64,000 bases of DNA from an uncultured delta proteobacterium (GCA_963847445.1 CAWJZV010000030.1:544001-608000), one strand, 5' to 3'; shown: positions 46,057 through 56,839, counted from the first letter of the stretch. Numbers and translations: made by a program. Notes: a model not told the origin generated them from the sequence alone.

Positions 46057-47056
46057 ATGGAACCTGACAAGCGGCCCCGCAGACAAAAATGGGCGGGGCG
46101 TCTTACGCTTTGCGCTTTGCTCTTTGCACTTAGCCTCCCCGCCCAGGCGCAGCAGCCGGCAAAGGTGTTTAAGATTGGCTATCTCGATATCGGTAGCTCA
46201 ATGTCCAGATATCAGTCTTTGCGGCGTATCCTCCCTGATCTCGGCTACGTTGAGGGCAGGAACATCTCCTTCGAGTATCGATCGGCTGACAACAAGCTGG
46301 ACCGACTTCCCGCCTTAGCTGAAGAGCTGATCCGTCTCGATGTTGACGTACTCGTCACACGCGGCACACCTGAAGCCCTAGCTCTCAAGAACGCTACCAG
46401 GACAATTCCTATTGTTTTTTACGACGTGACTGATCCTATTGCGGCGGGACTCATTGACAGCCTGGCCCGGCCTGGTGGAAATATCACAGGGTTTACCGGG
46501 TTGGAGGCGGTGTTGGCAGGCAAACGATTGGAGTTACTGAAGGAAACCGTTGCCAAACTCTCCCGCGTCGCGGTGTTATGGAATCCGCAGGATCTAAGCT
46601 CGGCGCAACAATGGAAAGCAATGCAACTGTCGGCACGCGACCTGGGGTTACAACTGCATTCGATGGAAGTCAGCAATCCCGACAAATATGAGAGTGCGTT
46701 CAGAGAAGCAACTAAAGCGCGGAGTGGCGCTCTCGCTGTGATAGCCGGAGGGTTGGAAGACGCGAACAGAAAAAAGATCGCAGAGTTGGCAATAAAGATT
46801 CGGCTGCCAACAATATATCCTCGTCCACATTTTGTCGAAAGCGGCGGACTGATGTCCTACGGACGCGATCCTGAAGATTCTAACAAACGGGTACCAATTA
46901 TGGTCGACAAGATTCTGAAAGGAACCAAGCCTGCTGACATTCCAGTCGAACAGCCGACTAAAGTTCGAGCTGGTGATCAATTTCAAAACCGCCAAGACTC
47001 TCGGCCTGACGATTCCACCGATCGTGCTGATGCGGGCGACCAAGGTGATCAAATGA
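46057..47056 (+). CDS. ABC_sub_bind-type substrate-binding protein (3' frameshift)
   Basis: LCALLFALSLPAQAQQPAKV, SLARPGGNITG, GTKPADIPVEQPTK. Confidence 0.88.
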
Positions 47057-47147
47057 AGAAGGCAGTAGGCATGAGGCAATAGGCAACGGTAAAAAAGAAA
47101 GATAACCGCGATAGTTTGGATCAGCCCCCTTTTATAGGAGCTAAACC

Positions 47148-47720
47148 TCACCGCCAAAGATCAGGGAGCGAAATGGATAGACCAGGGAAAAGCAACGGGG
47201 TAAACGTTTCGGCGTTTTGAGTTTTAATGACGAGCTGGTATTGGTCGCCGGATAGTTCGTAGGCTTCGAGAGTCTGTTGATCGGGGTCGATGAGCCAGTA
47301 GTGAGGCACGTCGTACTTGGCGTAAAGCTGAGCTTTAGTCTGGCGGTCTGCGCGGTGCGTTGTGGGTGATAGGATCTCGATGACGAGACTCGGTGCCCCT
47401 TCGATGGCCCGCTCTGTGACAATGCCGCGGCGGTCGTCGCCAATGAAGATGAGATCGGGCTGCACGACGGTCGTGGGAGCGAGTATCACGTCGGTAGGCG
47501 CCGCGTAAATATCGCCAAGTTGGTTGGCCACAATATGGTTGGCGAGAATCCGATAAAGGTGGCCAGAAATGCTTTGATGTTTTGTGCGCGGCGCAGGCGT
47601 CACGGCAAGTTCTCCATCGAGGATCTCGTAACGGTTACGGTCGTTAGGCAATTCGCAGTAATCGTCGTAGGTCAGAACGATCTTGCCTGGCGGAATGCTT
47701 TGAGTGGAAGTAGACGACAT
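47148..47720 (-). CDS. Uma2-family (DUF820) putative endonuclease
   Basis: LTYDDY, RYEILDGEL, VQPDL, LVIEILSP, YWLIDP. Confidence 0.9.
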   Translation of the reverse strand: MSSTSTQSIPPGKIVLTYDDYCELPNDRNRYEILDGELAVTPAPRTKHQSISGHLYRILANHIVANQLGDIYAAPTDVILAPTTVVQPDLIFIGDDRRGIVTERAIEGAPSLVIEILSPTTHRADRQTKAQLYAKYDVPHYWLIDPDQQTLEAYELSGDQYQLVIKTQNAETFTPLLFPGLSISLPDLWR

Positions 47721-47834
47721 ATTAGCTTCTTACAACGACTGTGAACTTTATACATGCAGGTTCTAGCAACTCGAACGGGTTGTCAAGTGAGCCAATGACC
47801 CGGCCCTGAGTTCCATGACTCTTGGGAGAACAAC

Positions 47835-48470
47835 GTGATCAAAAAGCTATCCGGAGATCGTGAATTCCTGTCCGACAATCGAAAATCCGTCGTGCTTATC
47901 GCTATCGGTGCCGCATTCGCGTTGTGCGGCGCTCTCGCCGACGCGCAACAACGAACGAAAATCCCCTGGATCGGCTATATGGCTGACGCCGGCTCGTCGC
48001 CCAACCAAGCTTTTCTACAAGGGTTGCGCGATCTCGGCCATTTCGAGGGCAAGAACATCGCATTTGTCTTTCGCACGACGGAGGGAAAACTGAACGGCGC
48101 GCCGAACTTCTCGCCGAGTTTGTACGCTTAAAGGTTGACATCATTTTCGCCGATGGATCGGGCGCGGCGATTGCCGCCAAGAAGGCCACGAGCACGCTTC
48201 CGATTGTAATGACCGGTGCTACCGATGCAGTTGGCATGGGCCTCGTCGCCAGCCTAGCGCGGCCTGGCGGTAACATAACGGGATTGACCAACATCACCGG
48301 AGAGTTGGGTGGAAAACTTTTGGATCTAAGATTCTCAAGGGCGCGAAACCAGCTGACTTCCGGTTGAAGCACCGATGAAATTCAATCTAGAGATTAACTT
48401 ACAAACGGCGAAACAGATTGACCTGACGGTCCCTCAGACAGTGCTGTAGGGCGGATAAGAGTGACCAAGA
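47835..48470 (+). pseudogene. internally deleted ABC_sub_bind remnant
   Basis: QQRTKIPWIGY...SLARPGGNITG, then jumps to a degenerate KIL.GA..ADF.VE.P.KF.L.INL. Confidence 0.75.
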
Positions 48471-48574
48471 AGGCAGCAGACAAAAGGCAAGAGTAAGAAA
48501 TCCCCATTGCACTCAGGCTAGACTTCGCGGTACTCATAGGCGGCGTTATCCGCTTGTTAACCATGAGGTGATTC

Positions 48575-49671
48575 ATGACGCACGGGGAAAAACATCCGTT
48601 CCAAAGTTCAAAGGTTCAAGCGTTCAAGGTTCTCGGATTTCTGGTGTTTTCTGTCGTTGAACTTTTGAACCCTTGGAACCTTGAACCGGCGGCGGCGCAG
48701 ACGCCGCCGTTTCTATCAAGGCAAAACCATCACGTTCATCGTCGGCACCAAGGCTGGCGATGTTTACGATCTCTACCCGCGGCTGTTGGCGGAGTACATG
48801 CCGAAGTATATTCCGGGAAATCCTAACTTCATCATTCAAAACGTCGCCGGCGCGGCGTCGCTGATCGCGGCGAACCAGGTGTACGGCATCGCCAAGCCCG
48901 ACGGGTTGACGCTCGGCGCGATTTATCCGGCGCTTTATTTCGATCAATTGGTGAAACGGCCGGAAGTGAAATACGACTGGAGCAAGTTTGCCTGGATCGG
49001 CAGTCCGGTGGGCTCCAACCACATGATGTACATGCGCAGCGACACGCCCTTCAAGACTATTGACGATGTGCGCGGCGCCGCGACGCCGCCCAAATGCGGC
49101 ACCTCGCGGCACCACGTCGACCGGCTATTATATTCCCAAACTCTTGGAAGAAGCGGTCGGCGCCAAATTCGATATCGTCACCGGTTACCAGGCCGGCCAG
49201 GACGTAGACCTCGCCGTCGAGCGCGGCGAGGTGGTCTGCCGCTCATTCACCATCACGGCGTTTCACGCCCGCGAGCCCTACTTCAGTTGGCGCAAGCGCA
49301 AATTCGTCCACGTGCTCTATCAAACCGGCAACAAGCGCGACGGGCGGTTGAAAGATGTGCCGACCATGTACGAATTGATGGATCGATACAAAACCACCGA
49401 GCCGGTGCGCAAGCTCGCCAAGGTTATTTTAATCGCCAGCGACCTGGGCCGGCCCATCGTCGCCCCGCCGGGCGTGCCGGCCGAGCGCTTGAAAATCATC
49501 CGCGATGCCTTTAACAAGTCGGTGAGCGACCCGGCATTCTTAGCCGAGGCGGAAAAGCGCAGGTTGGAAATCGATCCATCGACTTGGGATGAGCTCGAAC
49601 CCTTGGCCAAGGAAGCCATGGCGACGCCGGCCGATGTGGTTGAACGCATGAAAAAAGTCTTGGGCATGTAA
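48575..49671 (+). CDS. tctC: TctC member 13 (repeat-encoded leader; frameshifted)
   Basis: PFQSSKVQAFKVLGFLVFSVVELLNPWNLEPAAAQ, GTKAGDVYDLYPR. Confidence 0.9.
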
Positions 49672-49697
49672 AGCCATTGAGGTTAAGGAGGTTGTTC

Positions 49698-50796
49698 ATG
49701 AAGTCTGCCGTCAAGCGGCCGTTCAAAGGTTCAAAGGTTCAAACGTTCAACGGTTCTCGGTTTTCTGGTCTTTTCCATCGTTGAACTATTGAACCCTTTG
49801 AACCTTGAACCGGCGGCGGCGCAGACGCCGCCTTTTTATCAAGGCAAGACTATTCGTATCATCGTCGGCAATCTGCCCGGCGATACCCATGACATATTTG
49901 CCCGCGCTTACTCGCGTCACATGGGCAAACATATTCCCGGCTTCCCGAATATCCTGGTGCAGAACATGCCCGGCGCCGGCGGCATGATCGCGGCCAATCA
50001 TGTCTACAACGTTGCCAAGCCGGATGGACTGACGCTCGGTTCGCCGTCGCCGGCGTTGTATTACGCCCAGCTGATCGGCAGCAGCCAAGCCAAATTCGAT
50101 TGGCCCAAATTCAATTTCATCGGCGCGCCGGAGCGCAACGGCCATTTGTTGTTCATGCGCGCGGACTCGCCCTATAAGACGCTCGACGATATCCGCAAAG
50201 CCAAGGAGCCGCCCAAATGCGCCGCCACCGGAGTCGGCACCAGCGGCCACGACGTGCCCAAGCTGTTTGACGAGATGATCGGCTTGAAGTTCAACCTGAT
50301 CACCGGTTATCCCGGCGGCGCGGAGATGGATCTAGCCATCGAACGGGGCGAAGCGATTTGCCGTGCCATCACCATCGCGGCGTTCTTCGCCCGCGAGCCC
50401 TTTCAGAGCTGGTATAAGACCGGTGTCGTGCGCGTCATGTTGCAAACCTCGCGTCAGCGCAACCCAAGAATTCCCGACGTGCCGACGTTGTTCGAGCTGA
50501 TGGAGCAATACAAAACTCCGGAGATCAAGCGCCGCCAGGTGCTGACCTATCTCGGCGTTGGCGGTTTCGGCGCCTGGCCCATCCTCGCGACGCCAGGAAT
50601 CCCGGCGGAGCGCGTGGCGATCCTCCGCGACGGCTTCGGCAAGACCATGAAAGATGCCGACTTCCTCGGCGAGGCGAAAAAAGCCGGTTGGGAAATCCGT
50701 CCGACGAACGGCGAAACCTTGCAGGCACTCGCCAAAGAAGTCATCGAACAACCGCCGGAAGTGGTCGATTGGCTGAAAAAACTACTCAACAAATAA
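49698..50796 (+). CDS. tctC: TctC member 14 (repeat-encoded leader)
   Basis: RPFKGSKVQTF...ELLNPLNLEPAAAQ, GNLPGDTHDIFAR, PPKCA. Confidence 0.9.
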
Positions 50797-50816
50797 CCTG
50801 ACAATGAGAAGTCTCC

Positions 50817-51939
50817 ATGGCACTTCGACTAACGATCGTTCAAGGGCCTTCCGGTTCAGCCGAGTTTACGAAGGCAAAAGTTCAAGGGTTCAATCGGATT
50901 CTTTTCGGATTTCTTGTTCTGACCCTTGAACTTTTGAACCCCTTGAACCTTGAACGGGCGTCTGGCCCAGACGCCCTATTATTTGGGTAAAACCATCCGC
51001 GTCATCGTCGGTTATCAGCCAGGAGACACCCATGATCTATGGGCGCGCATGTACACGCGCTATATGGGCAAGTACTTGCCCGGCAATCCGACCTTTGTGG
51101 TGCAAAACATGCCCGGTGCCGGCGGCATGATCGCCGCCAATCATGTTTTCAATCTGACCAAGCCCGACGGCCTGACGCTTGCCACCGTCGGCGGCGCGCT
51201 TTACTTCAATCAGTTGATCGGCCGTGCGGAAGTTAGATTTGACTGGAACAGGTTCACTTGGATCGGCACGCCGGAGCCCGCCGGCCTGCTGGTCTACATG
51301 CGCACCGACGCGCCGTATAAGACCTTGGACGACCTGCGCCAGACCAACGATCCGCCGAAATGTTCCGCCACCGGCTTGGGCAGCGCCGGTTACGACTTGC
51401 CGCGGCTGCTCGAAGATGTCTTAGGGCTTAAATTCAAAGTCATCAGCGGCTACCCCGGCGGCGCCGACCAGGATCTCGCCATGGAACGGGGCGAAGTCCA
51501 CTGCCGGGCTTTTACCATCGAAGCCTTTTTCGGCCGCGAACCTTATTTCACCTGGGTCAAGAAAAACTTCGTGCGCGTGCTGTTGCAAACCGAACGAAAG
51601 CGCCATCCGAAGTTGCCCGACACACCGACCATCTACGAACTGATGGATCAGTACAAGATTGACGCGGCCAAGCGGCGCATGGCCAGCGTCTATCTCAGCA
51701 GCGGCCGGTTCGGCTCCCGGCCGATCGTGTCGTCGCCGGGGTTATCGGCGGAACGCGCCAAAATGCTGCGCGACGCCTACGCGAAGACCCTCAAAGATCC
51801 CGACTTTCTCGACGAGATCGGCAAACGGAGCTGGAGCGTCGAACCGGTATACGGCGAAGAATTGCAGGCGCTCGCCAAAGAAGTCACCAGCCAGCCGCCG
51901 GAAGTGATCGAGTGGTTAAAAAAATTGTTGTCGAAATAA
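50817..51939 (+). CDS. tctC: TctC member 15 (repeat-encoded leader; frameshifted)
   Basis: cttgaacttttgaaccccttgaaccttgaac leader, GYQPGDTHDLWAR, PPKCS. Confidence 0.9.
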
Positions 51940-51962
51940 TTCGATTCGAAGCGAGGTCGGCC

Positions 51963-53061
51963 ATGGCAAATAAATCGAAACAGCGGTTCAAACGTTCAAC
52001 GGTTCAATCGTTCAACGTTCTCGGACTCCTGATTTTTTCCGTCGTTGAACTTTTGAACCCCTTGAACCTTGAACCGGCGTCGGCGCAGACGCCGCCTTTT
52101 TATCAAGGCAAAACCATTCGCATCATCGTCGGCTACCAGCCGGGCGACAATCACGACCAGTACGCGCGCACCTACGCGCGCTTCATGGGCAAGTATATTC
52201 CCGGCAATCCCACCTTCGTGATTCAGAACATGCCGGGCGCGGGTTCGATGATCGCGGCCAATCATGTCTACAACATGACCAAGCCCGATGGGCTGACGCT
52301 GGGCTCCTTCGGCGGCGCGCTGATTATGGCGCAGCTGACCGGACGCAAAGAAGCGCAGTTCGACTGGCCGAAGTATGGTTGGATCGGTACCCCCTACCGC
52401 GCCGGCCACCTGCTCTTTATGCGTACCGACGCGCCCACCAAGACGGTCGACCAATTGCGCCAGGGGAACGACCCGCCGCGCTGTTCGGCCACCGGCGTCG
52501 GCAGCACCGGCTATGACATTCCCCGGCTGCTCGAGGATGCCCTCGGCATGAAATTCAAGATCATCAGCGGTTATCCTGGCGGCGCCGACCAGGACCTGGC
52601 AATGGAACGCAACGAAGTGAACTGCCGCGCCATCACCATCGACGGCTTCTTCGCCCGCGAGCCGTTCATCTCGTGGGTCAAGAAAGGCTTCGTGCACGTG
52701 CTGCTGCACACGGAAAAACAGCGCCACGCCAAGATCCCCAACGTGCCAACCGTCTTCGAGCTGATGGATCAGTACAAGGTCGCCGAGGCCAAACGCCGCC
52801 TGGTCAACACCTATTTGGGACTCTGGGGCTTCGGCTCCATGCCCATCGTCACCACGCCCGGAGTTGCCCGCCGAGCGGGTCAAGCTGCTGCGCGAAGCGT
52901 ATTTGAAAACCTTTACCGATCCGGAATTTCAGGAAGACATGGTGAAAAGAGGCTGGGAACCGCGCCCGGTGAACGGCGACGAACTCGCCGCTCTCGCCAA
53001 AGACGTCATCAATCAGCCGCCGGAAATCAGCGAAGCAATCAAACGGATACTCAGTCAATGA
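51963..53061 (+). CDS. tctC: TctC member 16 (repeat-encoded leader in frame; 3' frameshift)
   Basis: MANKSKQRFKRSTVQSFNVLGLLIFSVVELLNPLNLEPASAQTPPFYQG, GYQPGDNHDQYAR. Confidence 0.9.
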
Positions 53062-53085
53062 TCGCCTGAAAAAATCATCGACAGG

Positions 53086-53291
53086 CGACTCCGGGACTGC
53101 CGCCGGAGCGGGTGCACTTATTACGCGAAGCGTTCGCCAAGATGTTCAAAGACCCGGAGTTTGTCGCCGAGCTAAAAAACGCAACTGGGAAATGGAACCC
53201 GTCGGCGGTGAAGAGCTACAAAGCCTCGCCGAAGAAGTGGTCAAAGCCGGCCGAGTGTCGCCACGGCGTTGAAACGAATCCTGAGCCAATA
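53086..53291 (+). pseudogene. 3'-end remnant of a tctC gene
   Basis: TPGLPPERVHLLREAFAKMFKDPEFVAEL...LKRILSQ*. Confidence 0.8.
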
Positions 53292-53328
53292 ATCGTAGTC
53301 GCTAAATAAAGTTTTGCGGCTAATTAGG

Positions 53329-53357
53329 TTGACGGGTATCGCTAGATAAGGTAATGA
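53329..53357 (+). promoter_or_regulatory. possible sigma70 promoter upstream of tctA
   Basis: TTGACG...GGTAAT in an AT-rich gap; motif match only. Confidence 0.3.
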
Positions 53358-53395
53358 GCATGAGCCGTTAATCTTAACGACGCCAGGAGAATTTC

Positions 53396-54895
53396 ATGCT
53401 TGACGCTTTTATCAGTGGATTTTGGCAAACCGTCGCGTGGCCGGCCTTCGGCTACATGCTGATCGGTATCGGTATCGGTTTTTTTGTCGGCTTGCTACCC
53501 GGTATCGGCGGACTGTCGACGCTGGCGTTGATGCTGCCTTTCTCCTACTCGATCAAAGAACCGATTTCCGCCTTTGCATTTCTCCTCGGCATGCTGGCGG
53601 TCACCGGCACCACCGGCGATTTAACTTCGATTCTTTTTGGGATCCCCGGGGAGGGGTCCTCAGCCGCCTTGATACTTGACGGCTACCCGATGTCGAAAAA
53701 CGGCGAAGCCGGCCGCGCCCTTGGTGCGGCGATCATGAGCTCCGTGCTTGGCTCCGTGATTGGCGCTCTGTCGCTGGCCCTGTCGATCCCGATCATGCGC
53801 CCGCTGGTCCTGCTCTTCGGCTCGCCGGAATTATTTGTCATCGCGATCATGGGCATCACCTTCATCGGCACCTTGGCCGGCCCATCGTTGATTAAAGGAC
53901 TGCTGGCCGGCGGTATCGGCCTCATGCTCGCCTCCATCGGCGTCGATCCGCAAACCGGCTCGCTGCGCTACACCTTCGGCACGCTCTATTTGTGGGACCG
54001 GCTCGATCTCATCCCGGTGGTCGTCGGCCTGTTCGCCATCCCCGAGATCGTCGATCTCGCTGTCCGCGGCACCAGCATCGCCAGCGGCAAAACGGAAAAG
54101 CTGCACGGCGTCATGGAAGGCGTTAAAGATACCTTTCGCCACTTCTGGTTGGTCGTCCGTTGCAGTTTGATTGGCGTCTACTTCGGCGTCCTGCCGGTGC
54201 TTGGCGCCAACGTCGCCCAGTGGATATCTTACGCTCACGCCGTGCAGGGGTTGAAGGACAAATCCCGGCCGGCAAAGGCGCCATGGAAGGTCTTCTCGGC
54301 CCCGCCGCGGCGAACAATTCGACCCGCGGCGGCGATCTGATCCCAACCATTGCATTCGGCATCCCTGGAAGCGGCGCCATGGCGCTCCTGCTAGGCGCGA
54401 TGTTGATCGTCGGCTTAAACCCCGGCCCGGAGATGCTCAAGTCGCGCCTCGACGTGACCTTCTCAATGGTCTGGGTGCTGATTTTGGCCAACCTCATCGT
54501 CGCCGCCTTGTGCTTCATGATTTTGAACCACTTGGCGGCGCTGACGTTTATCCGCGGCTCGGTATTGATCCCCTTTCTCATGTTCTTGGTGTTTATCGGA
54601 TCGTTCACCGCCAATAACGATCTCGCCGACATCGTCGTCACGTTGCTCTTCGGCGTTCATCGGTTATTGCATGGTCAAGTTCGGCTGGCCGCGCCCGCCG
54701 CTGATATTGGGCCTAACGCTTGGCAAAATCGCCGAGAACTACCTGTGGATCTCCACCGCCGCCTACGGCGCCAAGTGGCTGCTGTTCCCGACCGTGCTCG
54801 GACTGATCGCACTGACGATCTTCACCGTCGCCTACCCGACCATCAAAGAACGGATGGGCAAAGCGAAATACGAACGGCCGGAAGACGCGGTGTAG
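53396..54895 (+). CDS. tctA: tripartite tricarboxylate transporter large membrane subunit (frameshifted)
   Basis: GLLPGIG, SILFGIPG, DGYPMSKNGEAGRAL, GVDPQTGSLRYTFG, AANNS, IPTIAFGIPGS, PPLILG. Confidence 0.92.
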
Positions 54896-55136
54896 ATTTA
54901 CCCGCCACGAAACACGCGAATTCGTCTATAGTCTTGCGCCAGGCGTCTAGGGTTTATCCGAACCCGGACGCCGGCGATAAGTCCCGCCGCCATGCCGGCA
55001 AGAGGCGATAATGTTCCAGCGTGCAACTCAACACCCTAAACACTGAACCCGCAAACCGCATTCAGCAGTTGACAGCCAGTCACATTTCAGTGGGATAAGC
55101 AAAGCATCTGACAGATCCAAGGGAGGACAGCAAATT

Positions 55137-56810
55137 ATGGCTCATGATGTAGTCATCAAAAACGGCAACGTCATCGACGGCAGCGGCAGTCCGGCTTTCC
55201 AAGCGGATGTCGCCATCGATGGCGATAAGATCACCGCCATCGGCAAAGATCTCGGCGGCGGCAAGAAAGAGATCGACGCCAAAGGGCATGTGGTCGCGCC
55301 CGGTTTCGTCGATTCGCATACCCATATGGACGCCTTCGTCGTCCAGTATCCCAACGGCAATCCGGTGGTGAACTATGGCGTCACCAGCATCGTCATCGGC
55401 GATTGCGGCGCCTCCTGCGCGCCGGTGCCGCCCAAACCCGAGCCGCGCAAAGTCCTGGTCGAATACCTGCGCCGCGTGCTCGACAAGTATGTCGACGACA
55501 AGGATTGGCGCTGGAATACCTTCGGCGAATACTTGAATTACCTCGAAGGCAAGATCGCCATCAACTGTCTGCCGCTCATGCCCCACTCACCGGTGCGTTT
55601 GACGGTCATGGGCGAGGCCGCCTACCAGCGCGCCGCCAATCCCGAAGAACTGAACGCCATGAAGGCGATGGTGCGCGAAGGCATGGAATTGGGCGCCATC
55701 GGTTTCTCCACCAGCCCGCGCGGCGGCCCGGCGATTCACGCCGGCACCCCCAGCACCTTTGCCGAGCATGACGAGATCATCGAGCTCGCCAACGTCGCCG
55801 CCGAGTACAAGGGCTGTTTTCAATTCAACGGCTTCCAGATGGTCCTGCAGCCGGAATCCGGCGTGCCGGAAATGTTGACCAAGATCAAAACCCTGCAGAT
55901 CGGCAATGAATTCCGTGTCCGTCCCGGCGCCAAAGCCGCCGGGCATGGAGTCGATCAAATACATGGAAGAGGCGCAGAAGCGCGGCCAAGATATTTACGG
56001 CGTGGTCATTCCGTACCAGCATATTCGCCGCTTCAATCTCGACGACTGCTTCCTGTTCAACGGCCTGCCGACCTGGGAGTCGATCAAAAATTCCAGCGAT
56101 CTCAAAGCCAAGCTCGGCGACAAAGAGACGCGCCGCAAGATCGAGCAAGAGCGCATCGCCTGCCAGGGCAAGCTCGAGTTCCCCGAATGGCATGGCTGGG
56201 ATCGTGTCGTATTCGAGCATCTGGAAAAACCTGAGCTCAAGAAACTCGAACAAAAGAACATGGCCGAAGTCGCCCGCCTCACCGAAAAACAGCCGGTGGA
56301 CGCCTTCTTCGACATCTGGATCGAGGACAACTTCAATTCGCAGATCCTTTATCATGGCCTCGCCAACGCCCATCCGGAACTGCTGGCCGAGATGATCAAG
56401 TCCGACACCAGCTTGATCGGCACCGATGTCGGCGCGCATCTCGATCGCTTCTTCTGGCACGGCGCGCCGACCAAGATCCTGGGCTACTGGCGCCGCGAGA
56501 AAAATCTCATGAGCTTGGAAGCCGCGGTGCACAAGACTGACCGGCTATCCGGCGCAAGAAACTGCGCCTCAACCGCGGCCTGGTGAACGAAGGGCTGCCG
56601 GCGGACATGACGGTCTTCGATGCCGACAAGATCGACGATCTGGTCAGCAAGAAGCTCCCTGACTGGTCGACGCCCAGGAAGTGAAACGCCACCCGCCTGG
56701 AATGAAAGCCGTGCTGGTCAACGGCAGCACCGTCGTCGAAGACGGCCAGTGCCTGGACGTATTCCCCGGCAAAGTGCGCCGCCAGCAACTCTGTATTGAA
56801 TTAGCATCAC
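55137..56810 (+). CDS. N-acyl-D-amino-acid deacylase-like amidohydrolase_3 (frameshifted; end approximate)
   Basis: IKNGNVIDGSG, VAPGFVDSHTHMD, GAIGFST, TDVGAH, VLVNG. Confidence 0.85.
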
Positions 56811-56839
56811 CGCACCCGCGGTCGGTCGCGATCTCTTAT

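Noticed and set aside
33670-52074. GTTCAA/TTGAAC repeats as a CRISPR array or integron attC sites
   Set aside because: No constant repeat-spacer periodicity and no cas or intI gene in the window; the elements lie inside reading frames and have internal 7-9 nt periodicity.
32587-53061. Diversity-generating retroelement or shufflon behind tctC diversity
   Set aside because: No reverse transcriptase or site-specific recombinase, no TR/VR pair with adenine-specific differences, and divergence is spread over whole genes.
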